A stretch of DNA of 53,799 nucleotides from Vulcanisaeta sp. AZ3 (GTDB lineage: Archaea > Thermoproteota > Thermoprotei > Thermoproteales > Thermocladiaceae): NCBI GenBank assembly GCA_000960865.2, contig JZWU02000008.1:1-53799 (forward strand), read 5' to 3'. Below, one piece after another: positions 1 through 10,207 of this stretch. A program made the position numbers and the translations under genes. The notes beneath the pieces are model-generated. The model had not been told where the DNA came from and ran no database searches. It worked only from the letters and a program-made list of their open reading frames with translations. Every line of letters starts with the position of its first letter. The stretch's first letter is position 1.

Positions 1-34
1 ACTCCCTCTTAGCCAAATCCTCAAGAGACACCAT
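1..34 (-). CDS. 5' end of a gene running off the left edge (MVSLEDLAKRE...), product unknown
   Basis: ATG at 34-32 on the minus strand with an open frame to position 1; TTTATAAA TATA-like box at 59-66. Confidence 0.5.
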   Translation of the reverse strand, partial: MVSLEDLAKRE

Positions 35-283
35 ACGTAGTCATTATCAAAACGCAGATTTATAAATATATCGCTTCAGAAAGACCCATAAAAATATAAG
101 GACAAGGATATGAATTAAATTACGGATCAGAGTATAAATAATAAATGATGCGAGAAATATAGCAATGTGTATTATTAAGATACAAGTAATTCCATTACTA
201 CGTTATGAAACCTTAGCTCAAAAATTCTAGAGATCAATAATGTTTAATGTTTTATAATATCACTAACGTTGTATTTTACTGTA

Positions 284-732
284 TTACTGCTTCTCCTCAG
301 CCTTCTGCTCGCCGCCAAGTTTTTGAAGTTCTTTATCACCGAGTGGTATTATGGAGCCTTCTTTCCAATCCTTTGGATATACTAGGACAGCATTTATTTG
401 CACTATTTGATCACTTATCGTATTACCTCTAACAAGCTTCCTTCTCCTCATACCATGCTTCTAGGGTGATAACCAATACCTCCGCTCATTAGGAGGTATT
501 TTTTAACAGCTCCCTCTATGTTTAGGAGCATTGGGGCTCCCTCAATACCACTACCACCAGTAATCCTTATCTTAAAGCCCTGAGGTATATCAAAAATCTC
601 CTTTAATACAACAGCATCAATTTCGTCACCAATTCTTAAACTCACAAACCTTTGCGCTACTGGGTCCTTAACTTCCAACTGCTTAGCCCTACCGCTCATT
701 GGATCACTAAGCACCAGCTTAAATGAGGGCAT
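284..732 (-). CDS. rps6e: 30S ribosomal protein S6e, split by a 1-nt frameshift near 459-460
   Basis: MPSFKLVLSDP...KIRITGGSG..G.PM is S6e. Adding one A at AGA-AG restores HPRKHGMRRRKLVRGNTISDQIVQINAVLV... to TAA at 286-284. Confidence 0.92.
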
Positions 733-853
733 TAGGCGATCCATAAATGGAGGGTATTAAAACACTTCTACCATAATGCAATACTCATGATTTCTCATTA
801 ATGTCAAATATTTGAAATAATAATCTTTAAATATAGGCATAACTAATGATTTT

Positions 854-2236
854 ATGACCAATATGGGCGGTGAACTAAAGATAAAGATTGGATCTGCAAA
901 TCTAAGACCTATGTGGATAGTTGCAACAATACTACTAATAGGCGCCTTAATAATGCTTTTTGGTGGTATAACTATGCAATTAGTGTACCATATTTATCTG
1001 GCTCCGTTATGGGTTGGTATTTTTGCAGGGATATTATTATCAATTCCTTTAGAGATTTGGGACTTCCCGAACCCTGATGTCATAATTAGGGCGATTACTC
1101 TTAAAGATAGGCTATTAATGGTATGTTTTGGCTTAGTTATTGGTGTTGGCGCGATACTTCTATATGGATTGAATTTATTCGTTCCCGTCCTTCACTGGGG
1201 TATTAAGGATTTCTTTGTGCCAGGCATTGTGGTTGGCGGTTTACTCTTTGGCATTGGAACTGCTATTGCTGGTTATTTCCCTGGCACCATATGGATTGCC
1301 CTTGGGCAGGGTAGAAGGGATGCCATATATGCAGTAATCGGCGGATTACTAGGTGCATTAACCTGGTCCTTAATCTTCGGCCCAGCTAGATACTTTTTCT
1401 GGGACACACTGAATTTCGGCCCAATAACTTGGGCGACTGCGTTTGGATTAACTGCAAAAATTGAGGAGTTTATTGTGGCTATAGTCTTCGGCATACTAAT
1501 GATAAGCATGTGGCTATTCATACCAAGAAGGCAGGGCGGAAAAGCATGCGTCCTACACCTTACTGGTAGGACCAAGGAGATGATGCCACTAGAGGATGAG
1601 ATTAGCGAGTTTAAGGAGGACTATCCAAAAATACCTGATTACGTAATTGAGTCAGTATCTGTTCAACAACCACGTTCATCAAGAATAATATTTGCATTAG
1701 CCTTTGACTTCGCATTGGTAGCAGTTGCCGTGATAGTACTACACCAAATATTTGGTGAGTCAACAACATATGCATGGATCTGGTCCCAAATACTATACTT
1801 CTTTAACCCACACTGGGCTGCAAGTCTACCCTACTTCCAGTTATTCGGTGGTTTAAAGATCGTTAATGGAGTGCCTATTGATAAGCCATTTAGTGAGATC
1901 GGTTGGGAGCCATTCTCAGATCTTGGGACATTCTTAGGTGGCTTAATCTCATCAACTCTCATAACTAAGAGGTTCATGGGATTTAAGTCCTGGACGCCAC
2001 ATATATGGAGGAGTAGGTTCGGAAATACACCAGCCCTTAGGGCAGTGGCATCATTCATAGGAGCCTACCTAGTATTGTTCGGTGCTAGGATGGCCAATGG
2101 ATGCGCCAGTGGACACATACTCAGCGGCAATTTACAAATGGCCATTAGCAGCTTCGTATTCTTCATGTTCGTGCTAATCGGCGCCATAATAACTGCATAC
2201 ATAGTTTATGGTTTAAAGCCATGGACTGCAAAATGA
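854..2236 (+). CDS. YeeE/YedE family sulfur-compound transporter, two fused halves
   Basis: Multi-pass membrane protein with GGLLFGIG.AIAGYFPG in the N-half and FGARMANGCASGH in the C-half. Confidence 0.85.
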   Translation: MTNMGGELKIKIGSANLRPMWIVATILLIGALIMLFGGITMQLVYHIYLAPLWVGIFAGILLSIPLEIWDFPNPDVIIRAITLKDRLLMVCFGLVIGVGAILLYGLNLFVPVLHWGIKDFFVPGIVVGGLLFGIGTAIAGYFPGTIWIALGQGRRDAIYAVIGGLLGALTWSLIFGPARYFFWDTLNFGPITWATAFGLTAKIEEFIVAIVFGILMISMWLFIPRRQGGKACVLHLTGRTKEMMPLEDEISEFKEDYPKIPDYVIESVSVQQPRSSRIIFALAFDFALVAVAVIVLHQIFGESTTYAWIWSQILYFFNPHWAASLPYFQLFGGLKIVNGVPIDKPFSEIGWEPFSDLGTFLGGLISSTLITKRFMGFKSWTPHIWRSRFGNTPALRAVASFIGAYLVLFGARMANGCASGHILSGNLQMAISSFVFFMFVLIGAIITAYIVYGLKPWTAK

Positions 2237-2341
2237 TTTATTAACACTATATAAAGCTATCCTTACTTAAAATTAAAAATTACATTACATGGAATATCCT
2301 TAACAATAATTAAGGTTTTAAGGAGGGGCGATGATTATTAC

Positions 2342-2572
2342 GTGGATATTGACGGTAAAATGATAAAGGTTACAGATTTTAGATCTATCGACCATTTACT
2401 GATAGCCCTTGCTTATGGTCTTGGTGCTCGTTATGTTAACAAATACGGAGTTAATGAGTATGTGGTTGAATGCGAAATAAATGGAGATAGGTTAAGATGC
2501 GAAGCACCTTGTAGTGGTCTTGAGGACAAGTGCCTTGTGAATAAATTATTGACGAATGGGCCTTTCCCTTAA
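2342..2572 (+). CDS. small Cys-containing hypothetical protein, possibly OsmC-like
   Basis: 76 aa ORF with a TTTTAAG box upstream; DHLLIALAYGLG and CLVNKLL segments. Confidence 0.6.
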   Translation: MDIDGKMIKVTDFRSIDHLLIALAYGLGARYVNKYGVNEYVVECEINGDRLRCEAPCSGLEDKCLVNKLLTNGPFP

Positions 2573-3309
2573 ATGCTTAGCTCGATAATGATCGGCACGT
2601 GATCTGAACCCTCAACATTACTTAAAATATCAGCTCTCCTTAACCTATCCCTCAATTCCTCACTTACGATGCAGTAATCAATCCTCATTGCCCTCCATTT
2701 CTCTCTATAGCTTCTCCACGTATATACCTTAGCACTTGGATGTAGTTCTCTATAGGAATCAACATAACCCAACTTGAGTAAGTGCGCAAGCCAATTTCTC
2801 TCCTCAGGCGTTAATCCAGGATGTTTCTCATCCCAAAATGATGAATCGATTCTATTTCTAGCTATATTGAAGTCGCCACAAATAATCACGGGCTTTCTAG
2901 TTCTTAGATCGTCTAGAAGCTTTTCGATAGCATTACAGAATGAAATCTTGAAGTTAAGGCGACTAAGGTCATCACTTGCGCGAGGAAAGTAGGCATTGAT
3001 TATATAAAGGTTAGGCAATTCCAGGGTTAAAACCCTACCTTCAGAATCAAATTCTCTAACTCCAAGGCCCTTAACGATAGACTGTGGATGTATCTTCGTG
3101 AGAGTCATAACACCGGCATAACCCTTTCTCTCAGCAGGGAATGGGTAAGCCTCATATCCGAGGTTCATTATTGTTAACGGAATATCTACTGATCCCCTAA
3201 TCTCTTGGAGCATCATTATGTCGACTTCATGGGTCTCAAGGAATCCATCTAACGCGCCCTTTCTCATTATGCTTCTTAAACCATTAATATTCCAAGAGGC
3301 TATAATCAT
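2569..3309 (-). CDS. xth: exodeoxyribonuclease III / AP endonuclease
   Basis: SWNINGLR, LQE, GDFN, RIDY and GSDHVP motifs. Confidence 0.95.
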   Translation of the reverse strand: MIIASWNINGLRSIMRKGALDGFLETHEVDIMMLQEIRGSVDIPLTIMNLGYEAYPFPAERKGYAGVMTLTKIHPQSIVKGLGVREFDSEGRVLTLELPNLYIINAYFPRASDDLSRLNFKISFCNAIEKLLDDLRTRKPVIICGDFNIARNRIDSSFWDEKHPGLTPEERNWLAHLLKLGYVDSYRELHPSAKVYTWRSYREKWRAMRIDYCIVSEELRDRLRRADILSNVEGSDHVPIIIELSI

Positions 3310-3350
3310 AATTATTTTAATGAGGTTTCTGAGGTGTTTTATTCCCTACT

Positions 3351-5036
3351 TTACTTTGATAGTAAATCCTTGTATTGATCTCTTAGTACTTTCTTATCTA
3401 TCTTCCCTGTACTCGTTAATGGTAACTCCTTCACAATTATGACTTTATCTGGAACCCACCACTTCGGTATCTCACCTCTCTCCACAAATTGCATTAAGTA
3501 ATTCTTAATCTCATCCTCACTCAACCTACTCTCATACCCCGGCTTAGGAACTATCAAAGCCACAGGTCTCTCACCCCACTTGGGATGAGGAACACCAACA
3601 ACAGCAACCATATTAACCCCGGGATGCGTGCTTATCATATCCTCAAGCCTAAGGCTTGGAATCCACTCACCACCACTCTTAATAACATCCTTCAACCTAT
3701 CGGCAATCTTAACATAATTATCCGGATACCAAACAGCAGCGTCACCAGTGTGGAACCAACCACCACGCCAAGCATTCCTAGTCTTCTCAGGATCGCCAAT
3801 ATACTCTTTAAATAGCCATGGCGATCTAACAGCAATTTCCCCAATGGTTGTTCCATTCTTAGGCACATCCCTATCTTGTTCATCAACAACACGGAGCTGA
3901 ACAAGAGGTATTACAATACCAGTCCTTAGGTATATCTCATTCTTTTTATCCTGAGGCAAATCCTTATGCTCAGGCCTTAAGTACGCTACTGTTAATACTG
4001 GTGCCGTCTCTGTCAAACCATAACCTGATACTACTGTCATACCCCTGGCTTGAGCAGCCTTGAGTAATCCCTCTGGTAATGCAGCCCCACCAACAATGAA
4101 CTTGAGCTTACTGAGGTCATACTTAGGCGAGTCTGGGTGATTCAATATATTATAGAGTATTGTGGGCACACCAGCACTGAAGGTAACACCCTCCTCATGA
4201 ATCAACCTCAGTATGTGACCCCAATCATAACGTCCTGGGTAAACAATCTTTCTACTTCCAACAAGCATTAATGACCATGGATAACCCCATGCGTGGACGT
4301 GATACATAGGTACTAAGAACATAGATACATCATCCTGTCCCAAATTTATTGGCGGGTTTCTAGCGGCCAATGCCGTGGCTAAGGTATGTAGTACTAAACC
4401 CCTATGGGTGTGATACCCTCCCTTAGGTAATCCTGTGGTTCCTGAGGTGAAGAGTAATGTTGCTGGTGTTCTCTCATCAATTTCGGGAAATTCCTTAAGG
4501 GGTTCGTGCTTAAGTAAGTCTTCGTAGGGCATCATCTTAACACCATAATCCTGGCTTGGCTGCTTACCAAAATCACTCATGTAAATCACAGTCCGTATGC
4601 TCTTTACATTATCAAGTATAGGCTTCAGGAGGGGTTCAAAGTAATCAATATTGATTATCAATACCTCAGGTCTCCCAACACCCATTGTGTATATTATTTC
4701 CTTAGGAGCTAACATTGCATTCACAGTGTATAAAGCCGCGCCAATGCTTGGTACTGCATAGTAAAGATCCAGGTACCTAAGTGTGTTCCATTCAAGAACC
4801 GCAACCCTACTACCTAACTCCCATGCTTTACCTGATTTAAGTCCAAAGTCCATGAGTGCAGCAGCAATCCTACGAACCCTATCGGCAAATTGAGAGAAGG
4901 TTACTGAGGTCCTCGAACCACCCGGCGGCCAATAAACAATCTCATTATTAGGAAAAGCAGTCACCACATAATCCAGCACCTTATCTATTGTTAACTGATA
5001 GTCGTAGAAGTATGATGTAGTCTCCTCGTTTGTCAT
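3351..5036 (-). CDS. fatty-acid--CoA ligase (AMP-forming)
   Basis: FTSGTTGLPKG, GYGLTET, HTGD, DRLKDVIKSGGEW and GKIDK motifs. Confidence 0.95.
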   Translation of the reverse strand: MTNEETTSYFYDYQLTIDKVLDYVVTAFPNNEIVYWPPGGSRTSVTFSQFADRVRRIAAALMDFGLKSGKAWELGSRVAVLEWNTLRYLDLYYAVPSIGAALYTVNAMLAPKEIIYTMGVGRPEVLIINIDYFEPLLKPILDNVKSIRTVIYMSDFGKQPSQDYGVKMMPYEDLLKHEPLKEFPEIDERTPATLLFTSGTTGLPKGGYHTHRGLVLHTLATALAARNPPINLGQDDVSMFLVPMYHVHAWGYPWSLMLVGSRKIVYPGRYDWGHILRLIHEEGVTFSAGVPTILYNILNHPDSPKYDLSKLKFIVGGAALPEGLLKAAQARGMTVVSGYGLTETAPVLTVAYLRPEHKDLPQDKKNEIYLRTGIVIPLVQLRVVDEQDRDVPKNGTTIGEIAVRSPWLFKEYIGDPEKTRNAWRGGWFHTGDAAVWYPDNYVKIADRLKDVIKSGGEWIPSLRLEDMISTHPGVNMVAVVGVPHPKWGERPVALIVPKPGYESRLSEDEIKNYLMQFVERGEIPKWWVPDKVIIVKELPLTSTGKIDKKVLRDQYKDLLSK

Positions 5037-5163
5037 AGGACAAGATTATTACGGAGAATCTTATAAATGTACTGTGTATAAGGCATATATAGAAATAAAT
5101 AATATAAATAATAATGAATAAGATAGTACAAAGCTTAAAAGCATATTTGAGTATAGTTGATTT

Positions 5164-5973
5164 ATGAGGATAACAATACTCGTGGACAACTATACAACTC
5201 AACTAAAATCGCTTAGCAAGCGATTGCTTAGCGAGTGGGGTTTTAGTGCTTATATTCATGATTATAAGATACTATACGATACGGGGCTCACGGGTACGAC
5301 GTTAATAAATAACATGAACGCCCTAGGTATAGACCTAAACGAACCGGATTACCTAGTGCTTAGTCATAGGCATATTGATCATACTGGCGGTGTTAAGAAA
5401 TTCCTCGAGTCAAGAAGGAGGCCGATAACAATAATAGCTCATGAAAACCTCTTCACAAAGGCCTACTCAAAGGATGAAGATGGAAATTTAGAAGATATAA
5501 GTGTTGACTTCACAGAGAAGTACCTCAGAGATAAAGGAGTTAATTTAATATTAATTAAGAAACCATACACAATAACCAATGACGTTATCGCCAGCGGAGA
5601 AATACCGAGGAAATGGGGTCCCTCGCACTTAGGGGCTGTGACGGACGAGATACCCGATGATATGGCACTATACATTAAACATACAAAGGGCTTAATAGCA
5701 GTGACTGGTTGCGGTCATTCTGGTATTGAGAATATTATTGAGTATGGGTTCCAGGTTACGGGATTGAATAAGCTCTATGCAGTAATAGGAGGCCTACACC
5801 TTTTAGGCTTAGATGAGAATAGGGTTAGGCAAGTTGCTAATTACCTCACCGCCAAATCGCCTAGTGTCATTGTTGGAACACACTGTACAGGAGTTTTAGG
5901 TATGGCACTTCTACATAATAACCTACCAAATGTATTCCGCATAGGCGGTGTTGGCGCCACAATAGACCTTTAA
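5164..5973 (+). CDS. MBL-fold metallo-hydrolase
   Basis: SHRHIDHTGG, TGCGHSG, GGLH and HCTG motifs. Confidence 0.9.
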   Translation: MRITILVDNYTTQLKSLSKRLLSEWGFSAYIHDYKILYDTGLTGTTLINNMNALGIDLNEPDYLVLSHRHIDHTGGVKKFLESRRRPITIIAHENLFTKAYSKDEDGNLEDISVDFTEKYLRDKGVNLILIKKPYTITNDVIASGEIPRKWGPSHLGAVTDEIPDDMALYIKHTKGLIAVTGCGHSGIENIIEYGFQVTGLNKLYAVIGGLHLLGLDENRVRQVANYLTAKSPSVIVGTHCTGVLGMALLHNNLPNVFRIGGVGATIDL

Positions 5974-5998
5974 AGGGAGATATATTTATTCTTAGAGG

Positions 5999-6679
5999 AT
6001 GGGTGATATTGGCTTTTTTGAGCGTGGTATTGGGTTTTTGCGCTGGTCGTTTATGATAGCCTCTGTGGATGCCTTGCTCATAGCTGCATTATTAATATCA
6101 TCCTTATTGATAACTCCGTTGGCTACGTACATATTCACGGTAATACTATTCTACTTCTTAGTAATATCTACCGTTATTCCCTACGCCTTAATCATCATTT
6201 TATCACTAATCAGCTTTAGGGATCTCGCTAGATACAGTAATAAGTACCTAATTGGCTTTATCGGTGCCATAATACTAACGATCTCTTACTTCGCAAATGC
6301 CTTCTACGTGGGTTATTTAATCATTAATGAATTGGTCGGAAATTTATTGGTGCCTAGGCCTCTAATCATACAACCAATCATACTTGCCCGAAATAGCTTC
6401 TTCATAGTGTTTTCGCTTTATCTGCCATTGCCTGTGTTCATATCGCTAGTACTCGGTATGGTTGGTTCGTTCTTGGGCATGATGGCGATATATAGAGTTG
6501 GTAGGGATTTTAGATCGAGCAGGACTAGGTTAGGTTCTTTAATAGAGATTGTTGGCATATTACTAATCGAGTTGTCACCAATAGGTATTACCTTAATAGG
6601 CATTGCCTCAGCTCTCTTATACGCTGGTTTGAGTGATGTGCTTAACAATGTGGAGATTGGTGTTGCCAAGAATTTTTAA
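5999..6679 (+). CDS. membrane protein, DUF973-like
   Basis: About six hydrophobic segments; ends in IYRVGRDF...GSLIEIVG. Confidence 0.55.
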   Translation: MGDIGFFERGIGFLRWSFMIASVDALLIAALLISSLLITPLATYIFTVILFYFLVISTVIPYALIIILSLISFRDLARYSNKYLIGFIGAIILTISYFANAFYVGYLIINELVGNLLVPRPLIIQPIILARNSFFIVFSLYLPLPVFISLVLGMVGSFLGMMAIYRVGRDFRSSRTRLGSLIEIVGILLIELSPIGITLIGIASALLYAGLSDVLNNVEIGVAKNF

Positions 6680-6702
6680 GTTAATCATTCTAGAATTATC
6701 CT

Positions 6703-7827
6703 GTGGATAAATCAGTAATTGTAATATTAGTGATTGGTTTAGTGATTATTTGGATATTTGCATCTTCAATTGGCACATTAATAAGGATTAGTAGGGGAGG
6801 TGCTTCTGGATCTTTTGGGCCACCAATACGCATCAATATTCAACAACCCCCGGTTGTGTTACCACCAATAAATATAACGATACCACAGCACGTAAATCTT
6901 ACGAAGGCTAATGAGATTTACGTACCCCTAGTACCAATACCAGTAATAATACCTAATATACCAATGAACATAATTAAATACATAACATTAAATCCACCAA
7001 AACCACAAATATTAAGAGTTAGTAGTGGATCCTCGGCTCAAGGCATCTCGATAGGTTCAGGATCTTCACGAGCTTTAAGCAATGCTGCGTCTGTAACCTT
7101 TAGCTTACCGCCAATGCTAATGATTGTGCTATTAATATCCATAATCCTAGTAATCGCCACGAGTTCTCTAGTAGTCCTAAGAGGATTTGTTAGGGATAGG
7201 TCTTCCACCACCAATGAGTCAAGCCGGAGATATGCATCTAAGGTGGAGTTAGGTAAGAGGTTAATGAGTGGTGAGGTTACGAGGTCTTTAATTAATGTTG
7301 GGCTCCTCCCTAATGAGGTTGTAGTTGATCTTAAGGGTTGGACTGGCAGCCCAGTGATAGATCTAGGGATATCTAAGGATTTACCCCTAATTTGGGGCTA
7401 TGGTGATCCATTACCCATTTCCTGGAGGGAGGGTTACACTGTAAGTGTTGTTGGGCCTGGTATGATTAAGGATGGTTTTCTATACATGCCCAAGCCGGGT
7501 TGTTATGGGGTTAGGGCTGAGGGTAATGGTTATGTTGAGACTTTATTCATAAGAGCTGTAGATTATAACGAAGATGTGGCTAGGTTAGTCAAATTGAATG
7601 TGAGCAATTATGGGCTTGAGGATTCACTAACTATTAGGGAGGCTGTGAGAAGGCTCATTAATGATGGTGTGTTAAGTGGCGGACCTGATGTTGATCAAGT
7701 GATTAGGGTTTTTGAGGAGGTTAGGTATGGGCTTAGGAGAGTTGATAGGGCTAGATATGAGGAGTTCCTAAGGACCTTGGGTAGGGCCTTCAGGGATGCT
7801 AAGGTGATTGTTTGTGGAGGCTCATAA
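6703..7827 (+). CDS. membrane-anchored protein with Pro-rich linker and DUF4129-like C-terminus
   Basis: Two TM segments and SLTIRE...VFEEVRYG motif. Confidence 0.7.
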   Translation: MDKSVIVILVIGLVIIWIFASSIGTLIRISRGGASGSFGPPIRINIQQPPVVLPPINITIPQHVNLTKANEIYVPLVPIPVIIPNIPMNIIKYITLNPPKPQILRVSSGSSAQGISIGSGSSRALSNAASVTFSLPPMLMIVLLISIILVIATSSLVVLRGFVRDRSSTTNESSRRYASKVELGKRLMSGEVTRSLINVGLLPNEVVVDLKGWTGSPVIDLGISKDLPLIWGYGDPLPISWREGYTVSVVGPGMIKDGFLYMPKPGCYGVRAEGNGYVETLFIRAVDYNEDVARLVKLNVSNYGLEDSLTIREAVRRLINDGVLSGGPDVDQVIRVFEEVRYGLRRVDRARYEEFLRTLGRAFRDAKVIVCGGS

Positions 7828-8893
7828 GCAATTTCCTGTTGTTAGGTACGTAATTACCTACGTACTCTTAGTAACCATAAGTTTACCGCTTATGTTGGTT
7901 TCCTGGGGGGTTTATGTGTTAAGGGTTATTGTGATGCCAGGGCTTGTGCTGGTGACTATATTATTAGTAAGTGATTTATTCAGGGGTAGGAATATTCATA
8001 TTCATAATGTATTGAGAGTTATAGCAGCCCCAGCTTTATTTTCATACTTGTCCCTAGGCTCGTTATCAAGTATACTAATGATGAATTACAAGGCATACTC
8101 AGTAGCAATAAATTACTTAGTGAACTTTCTAATTTTCATTATAATCGGCATCTCCGTAGTTGGATTATCAAGTAGGTACTATGCACTTAGTAATTATGAG
8201 TTATCTCAATCCCTGAGGTACTCGGCTTACTTCCTTATCTTCCTAGGCCTTGGTTACCTAATCAGCATAGCTTACCAACCCTTATTCTACCCATTCCTAG
8301 CAATGTCAATCATATACCTAGTACTCACGCTAATACCTATATTGAGTAGGAGTAAGTTAAATTTTGTATTAATTAATACACGAGCGCTTGCAATCGCAGC
8401 CTTTGGAGTTGGTTTGTTCTACACAATACTCTCCATACCAAAGCCATCTCAGTGGAACACTTACATACTCATCGTATTTCTAATCTTAGCCTCAATAATA
8501 ATTACCTACGCTGGATATAAAGCGCTCATTAGCAGCTTTAATGCCGTTGAGAAGGTTGAGGAGGAGGTTTATGAGGCTCATAAGCATGAATTAGGTATTG
8601 TTTCCTCACCTGAGTATGCATTGTTTGAGGAGGCTGTTAAGGAGTTCGTTACACATGGTAAGAAGGATAAATTAATTACATACTTAACCTACTGGTTATC
8701 TAGGGATGGTCTGGATTACGAGGAGATACTGAGTAGATTAAATAAGTTAATTAACTACTCGAGTGCCATCAAGTGTAGAGGTAGGGTTAATAGGAGATTG
8801 GTTGAGTTAGAGGTTAGAGATAGGGTTGAGTTGGTTAATGAGTTATTAACCCAGGTTCTGAGTGGTGATAGGGAGGAGGCTAAGGGTGGTTAA
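7808..8893 (+). CDS. polytopic membrane protein (start may be GTG at 7814)
   Basis: About eight TM segments plus a helical C-terminus; AGGTGA SD at 7802-7807. Confidence 0.7.
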   Translation: MFVEAHKQFPVVRYVITYVLLVTISLPLMLVSWGVYVLRVIVMPGLVLVTILLVSDLFRGRNIHIHNVLRVIAAPALFSYLSLGSLSSILMMNYKAYSVAINYLVNFLIFIIIGISVVGLSSRYYALSNYELSQSLRYSAYFLIFLGLGYLISIAYQPLFYPFLAMSIIYLVLTLIPILSRSKLNFVLINTRALAIAAFGVGLFYTILSIPKPSQWNTYILIVFLILASIIITYAGYKALISSFNAVEKVEEEVYEAHKHELGIVSSPEYALFEEAVKEFVTHGKKDKLITYLTYWLSRDGLDYEEILSRLNKLINYSSAIKCRGRVNRRLVELEVRDRVELVNELLTQVLSGDREEAKGG

Positions 8894-8914
8894 GGTGCAT
8901 GAGGTGATAGGGAC

Positions 8915-10207
8915 GTGAGGGACGTTACTAAGGCTCTGCTTATCCTCACAGTATTGCCAATATTTATGGCGATACTTGCTGCATTAACTGTCTCTAGGTG
9001 GTTTGTGTTAGCTATGGTATTCCCTCTAGTGGTCGTGGCCATGGCTATGAGCCTAGGTGGTAGACCTAGGATAATGATTAAATTAAATGTGGATAGGTAC
9101 GTGATGTACGTTAATGATGAGTTGAAGATCAAGATTGAGGTTGAGGTTAACGGTGGCTTTGGGCTTCTTATTCTTAGGGCACCACCAGCACCTAAATCAT
9201 CCATGGCTGGAGCATTCGAGGTTATTAAGGGTACGAATGTTCATGTAGCCTTCAAGGGCCTTAAAAATCTCCATAGGAGGTTTGAGTATACATTGAGGGC
9301 TGTTAAGAGGGGTGAGTATGCGCTTGAAGGTGTTGAGTATCTGTATTACAGTGGTTTAGGGATTCATGAGCCGATTAGGGATTTTGTTGAGGTTAAGGAT
9401 GTTGTTAAGGTTTTACCTAGGATAAAGATTGTGAGGAGGGTTCTTGGTATAGCTAAGCCAAACCTTGGAATACCTAGGTACTCCTCGTCTAGGTTAGGGC
9501 CATACTCTATGGAGTTTAAGGCCGTTAGAGAGTACGTGGTTGGTGATCCGTATAGATTCATTAATTGGAAGGCTACTGCAAGGAGCCCTGGAGGTAAGTT
9601 AATGGTTAATGAGTATGAGAGGGAGGGGCTTAGGACTGCAATAATAATAATAGATGTTGGTTGGTGGATGAGGTATGGTACTGCAGAGGAAAATCCACTG
9701 GAGTATGGGGTATCTCTAGTTCTTTCCTTGAGTAGGGCATTGCTTAGGTATGGTTATAATGTTGGTTTATGGACAATACCCATGGGTCCTAGGGTAATAC
9801 CAAGTTCAGGCATGGATCAGTACAATAGGTTACTTAGGGTTCTTATGACAGTTAAGGCGTTCCCAATTAGGGGTTATGTGGTTGATGAGGCATTACTACG
9901 TATTGTTCAGGAGACAAGACCTGTGATAATATTAATTACTAACGTGACTAAGGAGAACGTGAGCAAATTAAGCAGTATGTTAAAGCTACTGCCAAGTAAG
10001 GTCCTTATTGTTGACGCTTCACCAGATCTATTATTAATGAGGGATATTGTGAAAAATGCGCCATGCACTAATTGGTTCATTAGAAGTAGAAATAAGTTAT
10101 ACTCACTACTGCCGAGGAATACAAAAGTCATAAGCTGGAACCTTACCTGTGAGGGCGTGGGCTTAGTGATGGCCAGGGTATTTATGCACATAGGTAGGTG
10201 GTCATAG
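8915..10207 (+). CDS. DUF58 / vWA-like protein
   Basis: EFKAVREYVVGDPYRFINWKATAR...LMVNEYE signature; GAGGTGA SD upstream. Confidence 0.92.
   Translation: MRDVTKALLILTVLPIFMAILAALTVSRWFVLAMVFPLVVVAMAMSLGGRPRIMIKLNVDRYVMYVNDELKIKIEVEVNGGFGLLILRAPPAPKSSMAGAFEVIKGTNVHVAFKGLKNLHRRFEYTLRAVKRGEYALEGVEYLYYSGLGIHEPIRDFVEVKDVVKVLPRIKIVRRVLGIAKPNLGIPRYSSSRLGPYSMEFKAVREYVVGDPYRFINWKATARSPGGKLMVNEYEREGLRTAIIIIDVGWWMRYGTAEENPLEYGVSLVLSLSRALLRYGYNVGLWTIPMGPRVIPSSGMDQYNRLLRVLMTVKAFPIRGYVVDEALLRIVQETRPVIILITNVTKENVSKLSSMLKLLPSKVLIVDASPDLLLMRDIVKNAPCTNWFIRSRNKLYSLLPRNTKVISWNLTCEGVGLVMARVFMHIGRWS

Noticed and set aside
247-432. 61-aa plus-strand ORF
   Set aside because: Antisense shadow of the frameshifted rps6e C-terminus.
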